Shown here: in pieces, positions 62,295 through 64,000 of the stretch
Numbering within the stretch: position 1 is the stretch's first letter
Layout of the letters: every line of letters starts with the position of its first letter
DNA from: Mobula hypostoma
Taxonomy: Eukaryota
Length of the DNA: 64,000 nucleotides
Direction of reading: 5' to 3'
NCBI RefSeq assembly: GCF_963921235.1
Contig: NC_086097.1
Coordinates: 188,916,001 to 188,980,000 of the forward strand
The notes under the pieces: generated by a model
Database searches by the model: none
What the model was told of the DNA's origin: nothing
What the model saw: only the letters and a program-made list of their open reading frames with translations
Made by a program: the position numbers and the translations under genes

Positions 62295-63019
62295 GAGTTG
62301 TTATTTAAATTATTTTAAAAGATTAATGAACAAATAAACCATTGCCTACAGTCACAAAACTGAGATTTAGAGTAAATATGCTAAAGTTCAGAGAAGAACC
62401 ATTTAGAATTTGAATATAAATCTGTTTTATCATTAAAAGGGTAGGTAAGAATCTGGCAGTGTCTCTTCTGAAAATACACTGGGTTAATTACAATTTTCAG
62501 CACTTAATTGTTAGATGAGTGTCAAAGGTTATGAAATAAAGGTGGGTGAATAAAACTGAGGTAGAAATCATGAAGAATGTGGGAGAAAACTAAAGGACTG
62601 ATCGATCTTTGACTGTTTCAGTGATTCTCAGGAGTTCATAAGCTATCATGATTCATAGGCTGATTCCAATCAGCCTACGTTTGTACGTCTTTCTAAGCAC
62701 TACACAGCCGAAGTATCAAAGTTACATCAGCTGATCAAAGGAATGTGATGCATTCTGACACAGCTAGTGCTTGTTCTGCTGAATAAGGAAGCAGATATAT
62801 CTTTAATATTGAGTCATACAGCATTTAATGTTTGTTTTAAAATCTTGAACTTTGTCACGAGGAGGATTGATTTTAAAGGCAAAGTGAATTTTGATCTATA
62901 TTTCTTACACTCTTATCTGTTGTGATATTTTTTTGTGCCAAATGAATCATACGGATATGTATCGGTGCTCCTGATGGTGCTTAAAATCAAACTCAATGTA
63001 AAATTTCTGGTACCACATC

Positions 63020-63550
63020 AGAACTAGAAGTTATATAAGATGTTGATGAAGCCTAATTTGGTGTATTGTATACAGTTCTGATTATGTACCTAACAGGATA
63101 TCAATAAGATTGAAACAATACAGAGAATATTTACAAGGATTTTGCCAGAACATGAGGATCTGAGTTATAGAGAAAGGTTAATTGGGTTAAGACTTTATTT
63201 CCTGGAGCATAGGAAAATGAGGGGAGATTTGATAGAGGTATACAAAATTATGTGGGGAATAAGTAGGGTGGAATGCAAGCAGACACTTTCTACTGAGGTT
63301 GGATGAGACAAACTAGAGGTTGGAGGTTAAGGTTGAAAGGTGAAATATTTAAGGGAACCTGTGGGTGTTGAGAGAGTGGAACAAGCTGCCAGTGGAAGTG
63401 GTGGATACGAGTTCAATTTCAAGATTTAAGAGAAATTTGCCTAGATACATGAATGGGAGTGGTGTGAGTCGATTGGAGTTGACTGTTGTAGTTTAGCATG
63501 GAGTATGTGGGCCAAAGGGCTTGTTTCTGTACTGTAGTTCTCTATGACTC
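63020..63550 (+). mobile_element. Decayed CR1 3' fragment
   Basis: KLYKMLMKPNLVYCIQF, QRIFTRILP, MRGDLIEVYKIM; TTCTCTATGACTC tail. Confidence 0.85.
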
Positions 63551-64000
63551 CCACTGAACTTAAAAGGATTGGCTTTGCAAAATGGAATATTGCTACACTT
63601 TCTAGCCAATAGTATGAACAGTTTTTGGAATTTATTATCCTTCTCTTTCCATGTTTTTGAAGATTTTTGCTGCACCAAAAATAAGCTTAACAATTGGAAT
63701 AATTCTCCCTTAGTTGTATTTCAAAACTTCACATGTTTCATAAAATAAATTGACTGACGATAAAGTCCTTGAACATTCCAAGGCTTTTGATGAATCAGGG
63801 TCATACCTCTGGGCTGTTACTAGAGAAGCAAGGCAACTCCTGTGTGGCAATGCAGGGGATTTTCACCAGAAATACAACTGAACAAGAATAGTACACAACT
63901 AGAAAGTTAATAAATTGTTATGTTTGCTTTAGCCATTGCAACATTTGGTAAATATTTTAACTGAATGCTGCAATTGTGAGTAAAACACCAAATATCATAA

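Noticed and set aside
1..64000. CRISPR arrays, operons, rRNA/tRNA genes or prokaryotic defence systems
   Set aside because: Vertebrate repeat-rich DNA; no regularly spaced repeats; tRNA-like boxes belong to SINE heads.
700..64000. ATP6V0D2 exons expected from human PSKH2 synteny
   Set aside because: I found no V-ATPase d-subunit peptide in the ORF track or by eye; short exons could have been missed.

Overview
Vertebrate genomic DNA, not prokaryotic. The repeat complement (V-SINEs, abundant CR1, Rex1/Babar, short Penelope terminal fragments) suggests a cartilaginous fish, probably a ray; this is inference. The only host gene I recognise is the first coding exon of a PSKH-family Ser/Thr kinase on the minus strand (190-416). 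Its intron position favours PSKH2, and it sits in a CpG-rich region with an overlapping uORF. The rest is transposon-dense upstream/intergenic DNA: a decayed chromodomain Gypsy, an IR/DR DD34E Tc1, a complete Mag-type Gypsy carrying a solo LTR, a Harbinger inside a Tc1, a full-length CR1 with esterase ORF1, many Rex1/CR1 fragments, and two young L1 copies, one with an ORF2 broken only by one extra T in a homopolymer. Several multi-level nests can be ordered from target-site duplications. The least expected signals are RNA structures: minimal dimer-type hammerhead motifs in Penelope terminal repeats, and a candidate HDV-like ribozyme with an enlarged L3 at the 5' end of a short RTE-type element (62125-62294). 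I found no convincing wholly new system. Family assignments come from recalled motifs, not database searches, and boundaries of old repeats are approximate.
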